Source: Anolis carolinensis (lineage: Eukaryota). From it: a DNA stretch of 64,000 nt. The notes under the pieces are model-generated. The model saw only the letters and a program-made list of their open reading frames with translations, was not told the DNA's origin and ran no database searches. Both the position numbers and the translations under genes were made by a program. The stretch is taken from NCBI RefSeq assembly GCF_035594765.1, contig NC_085843.1, positions 212,699,971-212,763,970 on the forward strand, read 5' to 3'. Position 1 is the first letter of the stretch. Each line of letters begins with the position of its first letter. This document shows, in pieces, positions 1 through 11,560 of the stretch.

Positions 1-1851
1 GACAACTCATGCATCCTCTATCACATAGGGGCATCAGGGGCCCTGTCCCTTCTGTAATTAGATTGGGGAAAGTGTAGCAAGGCACATCGCTGCATTGCCG
101 TTTTCCCCCACCAAATGGGGGGAAAGGCCAAAAATGTAGGTAGCTCCATCGGAACTATTCAAAAGACGCATCGCTCACAATGGTTGGCGAGGAAGCTCCT
201 TGCAATGCTTCCTTGCCACTACAGCTATCAATGGGGTGGGGTCACAGCCTGTGTCATGTGATGAGGTTCATCGGGATCTGTCCCTGAAGAGGAGGCCTAG
301 TGCGGTAAGGGGCCAAAAACCTCTCGTGTTATGAGGCGGGTCAGCTCCCTACAAGTGCATTGCTATCATACAACCCATTGTAGGAGTAAAATGAAATATG
401 TTATTCCTATCGTGGAAAACCATAATTGGCAGATGAGTTGATGCTGGCCCCAGGGACTCTGAGCTATGCAATCCCCCCTGGCCTCCAGTGGCAGTGCAAG
501 ATCTAGGCATCTTTTTGAATTGTGCATGTGCCCCCTCCCAGATCTGGGAACAAAGAGTTTCCAGTTCCTCCAACATATTCAGTTTTTAAATATTGTACAT
601 TCTTTTAATGTCATGTTATTGATCAAAAATTGTACAAGATGTGTAGACATGGAGCACATCTGTTTATATAGAGCAGGTTAAAATGCTAAACATAAATAAA
701 AAAATAAAAATAATATTTGAAGCCAGCAAAACTTTATCTTACCTATTTTTCTGATGGGACTAGCCACATTACTTATGTCAAAAGTATATGAGTGTATAGG
801 TTTATGATATTTTTAGCTTAATCATATACAATTCTAAAATGTAGGTGTTCTATTGCCTCAATTATTACTTAAGGTGATAAAACAGAAAGTAAGTTCTCCC
901 TGAGAGTTAAACAGCCTACTACAGAAAGAGAAGATAGTGATCAAGTTAACATTGACCTAAGATGAAGTTTCCACTAGGCATCATCTGTCAACTGGCAACA
1001 CCACTGTCTTTGAGGACTTACTCTTCATCCATCTATTTGCATCCATGACCATTTTTGAAGTGACATTAGAACAGCCTAGAGGCTCTTCGTCTGAGTAACT
1101 GCCAAGGACTACTAAAGCTGGGTGTCACATACAACAGAAGTGATAAGCCAAGATAAGATAATGAACTGTGACAACTACTGTCAGCAGTTGTACAATAAGC
1201 AGCCATCAAGTATTATACCTGAGGGTTCATGAGAACTGAGTTGGAAAATAAACGGCTACCTTCATTCTCATATGTCATAACATGAAGATACAGAAAAATA
1301 TGCAGCAAGCCTCCTAGTCTTCTGTATTAAATATGTGATAACACTATGATCCACTGTAGTCAACAATATCCAGAGAAATAAGGTACAGTCTCCTGATGTG
1401 AATGAGATTACAGCAAGGTAAGTGGTAATTGAGCAACTAAACTAAGTTGCTAGATTCAGGTGTCTTCTAAATAACTAGGGTTGTATCACGGTTTCTAATG
1501 TGCTAAAGCTTAATACTGAAAAATAGCACTTAGTTTTACAGAAAAATATTTTTGTATCGAATGAGAAGGATCCACAAGTGGATCTACTGAAATTATGGGG
1601 AAAAATTGCTCTCCCATCATTGAAATTATGAGACAACACAACAGTGTGGGTTAACTATGAGCAACTTTTATTATATGTTACCAAGGCAGGGAGCGCGTTT
1701 CCACTGTTCCCGCCCACAATAAGTCCTGGCTGGGACTATTTTTTCTTTACCTTCACTGAAGGGGAGCAAAGCGCTTCCGCACCCTCATGCTGAGGGTGGG
1801 AAAAGAATTAGTTCAGTGAATTGCCTATAAGAAGGATTAAATCAGAATACA

Positions 1852-2380
1852 GTGTATTTACTCAAATGTAATGCTCACAATTTTTGGTTAAATTATCTTT
1901 CTAAACTTAGGGTTTGCGTTAGATATGTGTCATTCAGTAATCTTAGTGCTGAGCCAAAGCCAAAGGGGAAGCTGCTTCAGGAGCTGCACATGGAGCTCCT
2001 ATTTGAGGGGCGTCATCTCTCAGTTCATTGAGATTTGTAGTTTGGGTTGGGATGCATCAACATTCTTTGACAGAGAAAGATCAAGGCCTTGTCAAACTAC
2101 CACCCCCAAGATTCCATTATATTGAATCAAGGCAGTTAAAGGGCAGTCATTCCACAGCAGAGAGAGATCCCAAAAGTTTTATTTTCCATTGCTGGAAGCT
2201 TTGGTGCTCTAACACTTTTGTTTTTAGAGAAGAAATTCTCAGCAGGCAGGAACAACAAATGCTGGTGCGTAATACATTCGCCAGCAAATCCTTTTTTTTT
2301 TTTTTTTTTTTTTTGCTTCAGGCTTTTGGAAACTGAGGTGTTCATTAGACTTGGTGGCACATTAGACTCAAGTAAATGTA
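1852..2380. mobile_element. Longer member of the same Tc1/mariner MITE family as 63455-63623
   Basis: Ends gtatttactcaaatgtaatgctcac and cattagactcaagtaaatgta. Confidence 0.7.
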
Positions 2381-2667
2381 TTTTATTTAGTTCTTTCTTT
2401 TGGCATACATTTTTACTATTCAAATGTTCCTTCCACCCTGGCAGCTGTTCCTTTAAGTCTCCATGCTACCTACACATATTTCTCTCCCATTGGAATAGTG
2501 GCTCTTAATTTGTTTCAGTGATTCTAAGCAATACTTTCCTCCTTTTAAAAAGTCACATCCACATATTGCAGCTCAAAGGATGTGCAAAGTGTGCCCCATA
2601 GATTGAACGTAGCCACTGGTGCTTACTTTTATTCCTCTGACTCCCCATCCTCCAACACCCCCCCTTC

Positions 2668-2714
<47 letters not shown>
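2668..2714. repeat. (CTAT)n tetranucleotide microsatellite
   Basis: About 11 perfect units visible. Confidence 0.95.
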
Positions 2715-2715
<1 letters not shown>

Positions 2716-4065
2716 AATTGTATGCTTTTGGACAATGCTTTTGGACAATGTTATGCAGAACCCCAACACATGAAAGCATACATAAATCTCCCCATCCTGA
2801 CAAGCATCCCATAATCTTGCAGTGGTCCAATCGTTTCTTTTTCATCTGCAACCACTCTCAAAATAGCTTAGTTATCTTCCTATCTCCATTTTGAGAGTGG
2901 ATGCAGAGTGATTGGGGCATGGCATTGTGTGTATATAATTCACAGGTCCGGAATTGCCCAGACCTGTCCTAAATTATGTACCTTCAAGAAGGCATTATAG
3001 ATCTGACAGGTGACTATCTTATCTATGATAGTAAGTTGAAGAATGGGGAAACCATATTAAAGCCTGCAATGTAATGAGATAATACATCTAACATGTCAAT
3101 TGCACAATTCTTTCCTTGAAAGTGATTATGTGGATATACGGTGGTGATGTCTGCCTTTTTTCTCTCTTTCCCTCTCCCCAACCCATGTATATATTTTGCT
3201 TTGTATTATTTTCATTAACTGATTTTTATTTTGAGAGAGGAAAGGAGATTGTGGCCACCTTCAGCTGCAAGATAATTTTTCTCATTTGTACCTCCAGGTG
3301 AATTAGAGGCATGAAAATATATTTTCTGATCTTGCCTGGAAGTGGGTTACATGGAGGTATATCCATCACATACAAGAAAGAACCAGATATTTCTATGTGA
3401 TAAGAATATAAGATGAATTATCTTCTCAGATACATGTTGACAGTTCCTATGAGAGACATCAAGATGAAAAGCAGTTCAAGCCATGATAAACCATAGAGAT
3501 ATGCAAAATGGACTTGTCAGATAGGTGGGGAAGAGGAGAAAGTTGGGAAGATGTTGAATTGTACAGGTTCAATCACTTCATAATCTGTGAAATGTATGCA
3601 TGATACTTCACAGTTGTTAACTGTGTTGAATTTATTTGGGCCATGGAAAACAAATGCATATAAAATGGAAGTAGCAAATATCCTTGTACTCAGTGTGTTA
3701 AACGGGATTCTCTTTGAAAATCAATATGCATTTTATTTTAACAGGCCTCTGTGATTAAACAGGCTCTAAAAACAATGTTGAATGTATCTTAATTGCTTCT
3801 TTAAGTGCACGTCAAGGTTTGTTCCTTGCTCAGCACTGGAGATATTGAACTATTATGTCAGGGAAGTAAATGATTCATGAAAAACAATCAGATACTTCTT
3901 ACAATGGAAAGCTACTTTAATTTTACTCTGGAAGAATGGAATTAATATAAAATTATTCCACATTTGCATCTAAAGCCATCTAAGCTGGGATGCAAAAGGC
4001 AAATTCTGCTTATTATTCACTAAAAGGAAAGACTGGGGACCAATTTTCACAGTAACAAAAGCAAC

Positions 4066-4340
4066 TTTTTTATCGTGTCAGAAGAGACTTGAGAACATAC
4101 TGCAATTCGCTTCTGGTGTGAGAGAATTGGCCGTCTACAGTGATGATGTCTAGGGGATGCCCGGATGTGTTACCATCCTGCTGGGAGACTTTTCTCATGT
4201 CCCTGCAAGCTAGAACTGACAGATGGGAACTCATCCCGTCTCACAAATTCGAACTGGCAACCTTCAGGTTAGCAATCTAACCTTCAGATCAGCAGTCCAG
4301 CCAGCACAAGGGTTTAACCCATTGCGCCACCATGACTCCT
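4066..4340 (-). mobile_element. tRNA-derived SINE (Anolis SINE2-like)
   Basis: Reverse complement of the same family as 18898-19171 (ttctggtgtgagagaattggccgtct..., gggtttaacccattgcgccacc). Confidence 0.85.
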
Positions 4341-4789
4341 CCAAAAACACCTGACATGAGCCAAGTCCATTTGTACATAAATGAGGAAAAGACAATAAGC
4401 ACAATTACTTCTTTATTTCCAAGCAATTTCTCACCCTACAATGACGACTGTATACTTGGAAACTATGTTTCCCTCTCCCCACTGTCTGACAAGCAAGCTA
4501 GTTAAAATATACACATACCCCTACATCTTCCAGAGTACCTTTTGATAATGAAGCATTCAATTCCGTTTTGACTCCAAGCTTAAGTACTATGGGACTTCCA
4601 GCGATCATGGATTGTCATGCCCCATATTATTAAATGGTGATGACATGAACAGAGAAGCGGTGAGTTAATAGTATAGAGTATGATTCATATTACCACGAGA
4701 TTATCCACGTTTTTTCATATCCATGGTGGATTCCAGAATTGAATACCATGGACCAACTATATGCCCATTCATTACCTACTTAATGATTG

Positions 4790-5835
4790 TTAAATGGTTT
4801 CTGACATGGCAAACTTACCATCATACCCAGACACGACAGAAGTACTGATGGTCAGTTGTAGGGCTGAACAGGGTATTGGGCTGCAACCAGTGCTGGTTGG
4901 GTCCCCCCCTCCCGAAGGAGTAGGTTCACAGTTTGGGGGTCCTCCTGGACTCAATGCTGACCTTGGCAGTGGCCGGGACAACCTTTGCACAGTTAAAGGT
5001 TGTGCGCCCATAGCTCACAAAGCCCAATCTGGCTATGGTAGTATATGTTTTAGTCACATCCAGACTAGACTACTATAACACACTCTATGTGGGGTTGCTC
5101 CAGAAAAGGGTTTGAAAACCAACTGATGCAAAGTTCAACAGCTAGCCTGCTCATGGGAGTAGGATATAGAAAAAGAACTACCCTGCTTCTGAAGCAGCTT
5201 CACTGGCTTCCAGTTTGTTTCTGGGTGCAATTCAAGGTGCTGGCTTTAGCCTATAAAGCCCTAAATGGTTCAGGCCCAGCCTACTTGAGGGACAGGATCT
5301 CTTCCTATCAGTCTGCACGAGCCCTGAGATCATCAGGAGAGGCCCTTCTCTCGGTCACCACCGTCATGAGTACGGTTGGTAGGAATGAGAGAGAGTGCCT
5401 CTTTGGTGGTAGCTCCATCATTTTGGAACTCCCTCCCCAAAGAGGTGCATTTGGCCTCCTCATTACTGGCCTTCCGCTCCCAGGTTAAAACCTTTCTATG
5501 GAAGCAGGCCTTTCCCGACAACCCTTAACAAGCAGGCTATTTTGGTCTGGCAAGGCTCACGCAGCCAAAGATTTGGAGCTTCGAAATTTTGAGTACAATG
5601 TTTTAAGGATAACCTTAGTGGTCTGAGGCCCAGGGATTTTTAATTATAATGATAAATGGTGTTATTTATTACGCTTATTTTATATCATTTATGTAATGTG
5701 TTTATGTAATGTGTTGGTTTATTGTTTATTTGTTTGGGTTGGGAGGATGATGATGTGCTTTTGTATTATGAAATTTCTGTTTAACCATTTGTTCGCCGCT
5801 TTGAGTCCCACTCGTGGAAGAAAAGTGGGATGATG

Positions 5836-5881
<46 letters not shown>
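4790..5881 (+). mobile_element. L2 LINE 3' fragment with (AAT)n tail
   Basis: Translates to LKQLHWLPVCFWVQFKVLALAYKALNGSGPAYLRDRIS, homologous to the C-terminus of the 25.4-kb L2. Ends gttcgccgctttgagtcccactcgtggaagaaaagtggga plus (AAT)n. Confidence 0.88.
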
Positions 5882-6911
5882 GGTTTTTATTGCAAGATTT
5901 ATTCAGAAGAGTTTTGCCAGTTGTTTTTCTTTCACCCAGAAGATTTCCATGACTGAGTGGGCATTTGAATCTTGGTCTCCGACAATCCTAGTTCAGCACT
6001 CAAACCACTATACTATGCTGGCTGTCATGCTAAATGATATAATGCAAATTTTACTGATTCAATAGATCTACTAGATTTAAGATTAGTAATTGGATGTAAT
6101 CTCTTAACTGCAGAGAACAAGAAATTCTTGAAGAGCTCTCTATTCTGTGATCCATCTTAAGCATTGTTCATCCCCATCTACCATCATTAGCACAACACAC
6201 AAAATCTAAGTCTGGGAATGTGCAGAGGAAAAAAAAAAGCAGGGAAACTGGCTAGCAAAGAGAAGGAGGGGATAGAAACTTCTACAGGATGGGTCTTTAG
6301 AAAATTATTGTTTAATTTGTTCTTAAATCAGAAAAAAATAGTCCATTATCATAGGGATAGTCATTTTCCCCCTGGGCAAATAAGTATCTTTAATGGTTTA
6401 GATACTTTTATTACAAACCCCTTCCCCATCAAATATTCATAATAGAGGGAGTTCCCAAGTTACAGACAAGATAGATTCTGTAGGTTTGTTCTTAAGTTTC
6501 ATCTCTGTGCTTCTGTTAAAGTATATTCTAGAAAATGAGAAATATGAATTTGGCCTTTCACTTTTTGAAACACGCATGCACACAGACTGCTCTGTGGTAT
6601 AGAAGCATCCTAGGCTTTTTATCCACTGTGGTATTTCGGGGATGCTGAATGAATTAATAAGGAATGTCAATGCATGTTTCTTTACTGTCAGAGCTGGCAG
6701 CACTATGAGATGAGTGATATTTTTTGTGAATGCTAATTTTAATAAGAAATGCATTCACTCACATCATTCTTAGGGATCATTTCTGGCACTATGCCTATGG
6801 AAATGAGAAGCATTACAAGGATGTGCCCTGAAGTCAAAACATAAAATGAAATCAATAACATTCAAGTTGTCTTCATCACAAAATTTACTTTAATTGCCCT
6901 GCAATTCATTA

Positions 6912-9673
6912 TTATTTAGCAGGCTGATTAGCCAAGTGTTTTGATGTTCGCATAAGATGTGTTGTTGTGACTCCTAATGTTTTGGTTCATGGTTATTATG
7001 ATTTAGAGACAAATAAGAAGACTGGATTAATTCTAACAATTGCTCATGATACACGCTGTGCCTCATTATTTCTTTGAGCTCCCATCTATATCCTTATCCA
7101 TCTGGTAGCTTGCTTTATTATGGAAACTTTTCGAGCTGGGTAATCTTTTTCATGTTTTTAGCAAGCTCCCTTGTACTGAGTCAGACCAAAAATTGCACTT
7201 GTTCCATAGTCTCTATGCTGACACCTCTCTACATCTTTCTACTGAGGCAATCCTACTTCATAATCTCTCTTTATATAAATGTAATGTGCTGTTTTACTAT
7301 GGAGTAAACTCAGGGCCGGCCGGAGATATTTTTAAATGTTAAGCGGGGGGCTAAAAAGCGCCCCCGCCACCGGCCCCGCCTCCCACGCCCTGGCCCCGCC
7401 TCCCACGCTGTGTGGGAGGCGGGGCCAGGGCGAATAGTGCGGGGGGCGGGGCCAGAGTTGGCCCCGCCCCCCGTGCCCTGGCCGCGACCAGGAAGTAAGG
7501 CCCGAATGGCCTAGCTGTGCTGTGCGCATGCGCACAGCACAGCTAGGCCATTTTGCCCTTAGTCAACAAACTAAGGGCAAAAATGGCCTATCTGGCAGTG
7601 CGCATGCGCACAGCCAGATAAGCCATTTTTGCCCTTAGTTTGTTGACTAAGGGCAAAATGGCCTAGCTGTGCTGTGCGCACGCGCACAGCACTGCTAGGG
7701 CATTCGGGCCTTACTTCCTGGTCGCGGCCGGCGATCGCCCGGGCGATCGCCGGCCGCGACCAGGAAGTAAGGCCCGAATGGGCTATCTGCGCTGTGCGCA
7801 CGGGCACAGCGCAGATAGCCCATTCGGGCCTTACTTCCTGGTCGCGGCCGCCGGCCGCCCGGGCGATCGGCGGCCGCGACCAGGAAGTAAGGCCATTTTG
7901 CCCTTAGTAACAAACCAAGGGCAAAAATGGCTTATCTGGCTGTGCGCATGCGCACAGCCAGATAAGCCATTTTTGCCCTTAGTTTGTTACTAAGGGCAAA
8001 ATGGCCTAGGTGTGCTGTGCGCACGCGCACAGCACAGCTAGGCCATTCGGGCCTTACTTCCTGGTCGCGGCCGGCGATCGCCCGGGCGATCGCCGGCCGC
8101 GACCAGGAAGTAAGGCCCGAATGGGCTATCTGCGCTGTGCACACGGGCACAGCGCAGATAGCCCATTCGGGCCTTACTTCCTGGTCGCGGCCGCCGGCCG
8201 CCCGGGCGATCGGCGGCCGTGACCAGGAAGTAAGGCCATTTTGCCCTTAGTAACAAACTAAGGGCAAAAATGGCTTATCTGGCTGTGCGCATTTATTTAG
8301 CAGGCTGATTAGCCAAGTGTTTTGATGTTCGCATAAGATGTGTTGTTGTGACTCCTAATGTTTTGGTTCATGGTTATTATGATTTAGAGACAAATAAGAA
8401 GACTGGATTAATTCTAACAATTGCTCATGATACACGCTGTGCCTCATTATTTCTTTGAGCTCCCATCTATATCCTTATCCATCTGATAGCTTGCTTTATT
8501 ATGGAAACTTTTCGAGCTGGGTAATCTTTTTCATGTTTTTAGCAAGCTCCCTTGTACTGAGTCAGACCAAAAATTGCACTTGTTCCATAGTCTCTATGCT
8601 GACACCTCTCTACATCTTTCTACTGAGGCAATCCTACTTCATAATCTCTCTTTATATAAATGTAATGTGCTGTTTTACTATGGAGTAAACTCAGGGCCGG
8701 CCGGAGATATTTTTAAATGTTAAGCGGGGGGCTAAAAAGCGCCCCCGCCACCGGCCCCGCCTCCCACGCCCTGGCCCCGCCTCCCACGCTGTGTGGGAGG
8801 CGGGGCCAGGGCGAATAGTGCGGGGGGCGGGGCCAGAGTTGGCCCCGCCCCCCGTGCCCTGGCCGCGACCAGGAAGTAAGGCCCGAATGGCCTAGCTGTG
8901 CTGTGCGCATGCGCACAGCACAGCTAGGCCATTTTGCCCTTAGTCAACAAACTAAGGGCAAAAATGGCCTATCTGGCAGTGCGCATGCGCACAGCCAGAT
9001 AAGCCATTTTTGCCCTTAGTTTGTTGACTAAGGGCAAAATGGCCTAGCTGTGCTGTGCGCACGCGCACAGCACTGCTAGGGCATTCGGGCCTTACTTCCT
9101 GGTCGCGGCCGGCGATCGCCCGGGCGATCGCCGGCCGCGACCAGGAAGTAAGGCCCGAATGGGCTATCTGCGCTGTGCGCACGGGCACAGCGCAGATAGC
9201 CCATTCGGGCCTTACTTCCTGGTCGCGGCCGCCGGCCGCCCGGGCGATCGGCGGCCGCGACCAGGAAGTAAGGCCATTTTGCCCTTAGTAACAAACCAAG
9301 GGCAAAAATGGCTTATCTGGCTGTGCGCATGCGCACAGCCAGATAAGCCATTTTTGCCCTTAGTTTGTTACTAAGGGCAAAATGGCCTAGGTGTGCTGTG
9401 CGCACGCGCACAGCACAGCTAGGCCATTCGGGCCTTACTTCCTGGTCGCGGCCGGCGATCGCCCGGGCGATCGCCGGCCGCGACCAGGAAGTAAGGCCCG
9501 AATGGGCTATCTGCGCTGTGCACACGGGCACAGCGCAGATAGCCCATTCGGGCCTTACTTCCTGGTCGCGGCCGCCGGCCGCCCGGGCGATCGGCGGCCG
9601 TGACCAGGAAGTAAGGCCATTTTGCCCTTAGTAACAAACTAAGGGCAAAAATGGCTTATCTGGCTGTGCGCAT
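6912..9673 (+). repeat. 1381-bp direct tandem duplication (6912-8292 / 8293-9673)
   Basis: All ORF-track entries repeat with a 1381-bp offset. One difference noticed: G7105 versus A8486. Confidence 0.95.
7311..8292. mobile_element. Truncated duplicate of the left part of the palindromic hAT element
   Basis: Same left terminus preceded by AGTAAACT (7303-7310). By eye it matches 8692-9673 and ends abruptly at 8292. Confidence 0.85.
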
Positions 9674-10350
9674 GCGCACAGCCAGATAAGCCATTTTTGC
9701 CCTTAGTTTGTTACTAAGGGCAAAATGGCCTAGGTGTGCTGTGCGCACGCGCACAGCACAGCTAGGCCATTCGGGCCTTACTTCCTGGTCGCGGCCGGCG
9801 ATCGCCCGGGCGATCGGCGGCCGCGACCAGGAAGTAAGGCCATTTTGCCCTTAGTAACAGGATTCTTAGTTTGTTGACTTAGTTTGTTGACTAAGGGCAA
9901 AATGGCCTAGGTGTGCTGTGCGCACGGGCACAGCGCAGATAGCCCATTCGGGCCTTACTTCCTGGTCGCGGCCGGCGATCGCCCGGGCGATCGCCGGCCG
10001 CGACCAGGAAGTAAGGCCCGAATGGCCTAGCTGTGCTGTGCGCGTGCGCACAGCACACCTAGGCCATTTTGCCCTTAGTCAACAAACTAAGGGCAAAAAT
10101 GGCTTATCTGGCTGTGCGCATGCGCACAGCACAGATAGGCCATTTTTGCCCTTAGTTTGTTACTAAGGGCAAAATGGCCTAGGTGCTTGTCGCGGTTTGG
10201 CGTGGGCGCGGGGATTGAAGCCCCGCGGGCCCGCGCCAACACCGGAGGCGTCGGTGGCGCTACGGGGCGCTGTCGACGCCTCGACAGCGCCCCTAGCAGC
10301 CAGCGCCCGAGGCGGCCGCGTCAGCGGCCGCCTAGTAACAACCGGCCCTG
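8692..10350. mobile_element. Complete non-autonomous hAT-type DNA transposon (about 1.66 kb) filled with nested palindromes
   Basis: Termini CAGGGCCGG (8692) and CCGGCCCTG (ending 10350). Perfect 8-bp TSD AGTAAACT at 8684-8691 and 10351-10358. Subterminal GC-rich hairpins, no transposase ORF. Confidence 0.85.
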
Positions 10351-10644
10351 AGTAAACTGCAAAACCACTGAACCAAATCACATCCAATTTGGCTACAAAA
10401 GACATAGTCATCCAATCTATGTCTTTCAAACAAAAAACCTAGAAAAATAAAGCCCAAATTAGAGGACACGAAAGAGCCATTTTCCCCCTTTAGAAACAGC
10501 TCAGAACGGTAGGCCCCGGTCCCTCTAGGACCCGTCCATTTCGTATCCTAGGGCACAGGGCAGAGTGCACTTAGGCATCATCCACACTGCCTATAAAATA
10601 CAGATTATCGGATTTGAACTGGATTATTTGGCAGTGTAGACTCA

Positions 10645-10785
10645 AGTCCCTCCCATACGGCTATATAACCCAGAATGCCAAGGCACATAATCCACAGTAT
10701 CTGCTTTGAACTGGATTATCTTGAGTTCACACTGCCATATAACCCGGTTCAGTGTGGATTTTATACAGCTGTGTAGAAGGGGCCT
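10645..10785. mobile_element. Harbinger-like MITE nested in a related palindromic MITE
   Basis: Ends gtccctcccatacggctatataa and ttatacagctgtgtagaaggggcc are imperfect inverted repeats. Internal motifs cacactgccatataa and tggattat are shared with other MITEs in the window. Confidence 0.55.
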
Positions 10786-10864
10786 CATATAATCCAATTC
10801 TAAGCAGATGATATAAGATTATAAATATAATATATAATATTTACTGTGGTATAATAATACAGAA

Positions 10865-11560
10865 CAATATAATCTCTAAAATCAGGACAGTAAATAAAGA
10901 ACAACACTCTGAAAACAGGGAAATTCCAAACAGGAAACAATCGGGGCCAGCTAACAACTCCCAACAAAGGATTCCCCCAGGCAGGAAGTATCCAGACTTT
11001 GAAGCTGCAAGGCCATTAAATGCTAATCAAGGTGCCTAATTGCAGCATTCATACTTGCCACACCAAGACTATTAATTGCTGTTCAACCTGGGCAACCAAG
11101 GATTCCACAAGGTAGAAAGTGGCTAGGCTTGTAAGCTGCAAGACTATTCAGTGCAACTCAAGCTGGCCAAACAATGACTCCCCTACAAAGGAAGTAGCCA
11201 GGCTTCAAAGTGGCTCTTTGAATGAGGGTGCTACTCCAGCTCGCCAAACAAGGATTCCCCTAGCTATAACACAGCCAGGCATTGAAGCTGCAAGGCTATT
11301 CAGTGCAATTCAACCAGACTAACAAAGGATTAACCTTGGTAGAAGGCAGCCAGGCTTTGAAGCAGTAATACTACTCTGTATTATTGAAGCTGATCAACCA
11401 AAGATTTCGCTAGATAGCAAGCAGCCAGGCCTTGAAGTAGCAAGGCTATTCATTGCAATTCTAGCAGCCCAAAAAACCATTCCCCTAGAATCAAGTACCC
11501 AGGCTTCCAAGCAGCAAGCCTATTCCATTGTATTCCAGCTCACCAAACAAGAATACCAGC
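10865..11560 (+). repeat. Penelope-derived segment expanded into a degenerate minisatellite of about 75 bp (about 7 units)
   Basis: Recurring caaaggattcccc...agccaggctttgaagctgcaaggctattcagtgcaattcaa. The first unit and its upstream flank resemble the reverse complement of 44230-44410. Confidence 0.7.

Larger units (their letters stand above)
7264..11560 (+). mobile_element. Probable non-autonomous Helitron-like composite repeat hosting the hAT insertion
   Basis: Starts a|TCtctctttatataaatgtaatgtg and continues across the TSD as gagtaaactgcaaaaccactgaaccaaatcacatccaatttgg, resembling 5' ends of anole Helitron-like repeats. Carries captured MITE and Penelope pieces. No 3' hairpin or CTRR end found. 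Confidence 0.4.

Noticed and set aside
7480-10182. CRISPR-like array
   Set aside because: No unique spacers, since all intervening segments are themselves repeated palindromes. No cas genes, and the context is a vertebrate intron.
7311-10350. Endogenous parvovirus/AAV ITR concatemer or synthetic vector contamination (NotI, SmaI and PvuI sites)
   Set aside because: No rep/cap or vector sequence. TIRs plus an 8-bp TSD in a host repeat indicate hAT transposition, and restriction sites are expected in GC-rich palindromes.
7332-10429. Many overlapping ORFs such as HSGLTSWSRPAIARAIAGRDQEVRPEW on both strands
   Set aside because: By-products of GC-rich palindromic repeats: the same peptides appear on both strands, with no domain similarity or splice context.
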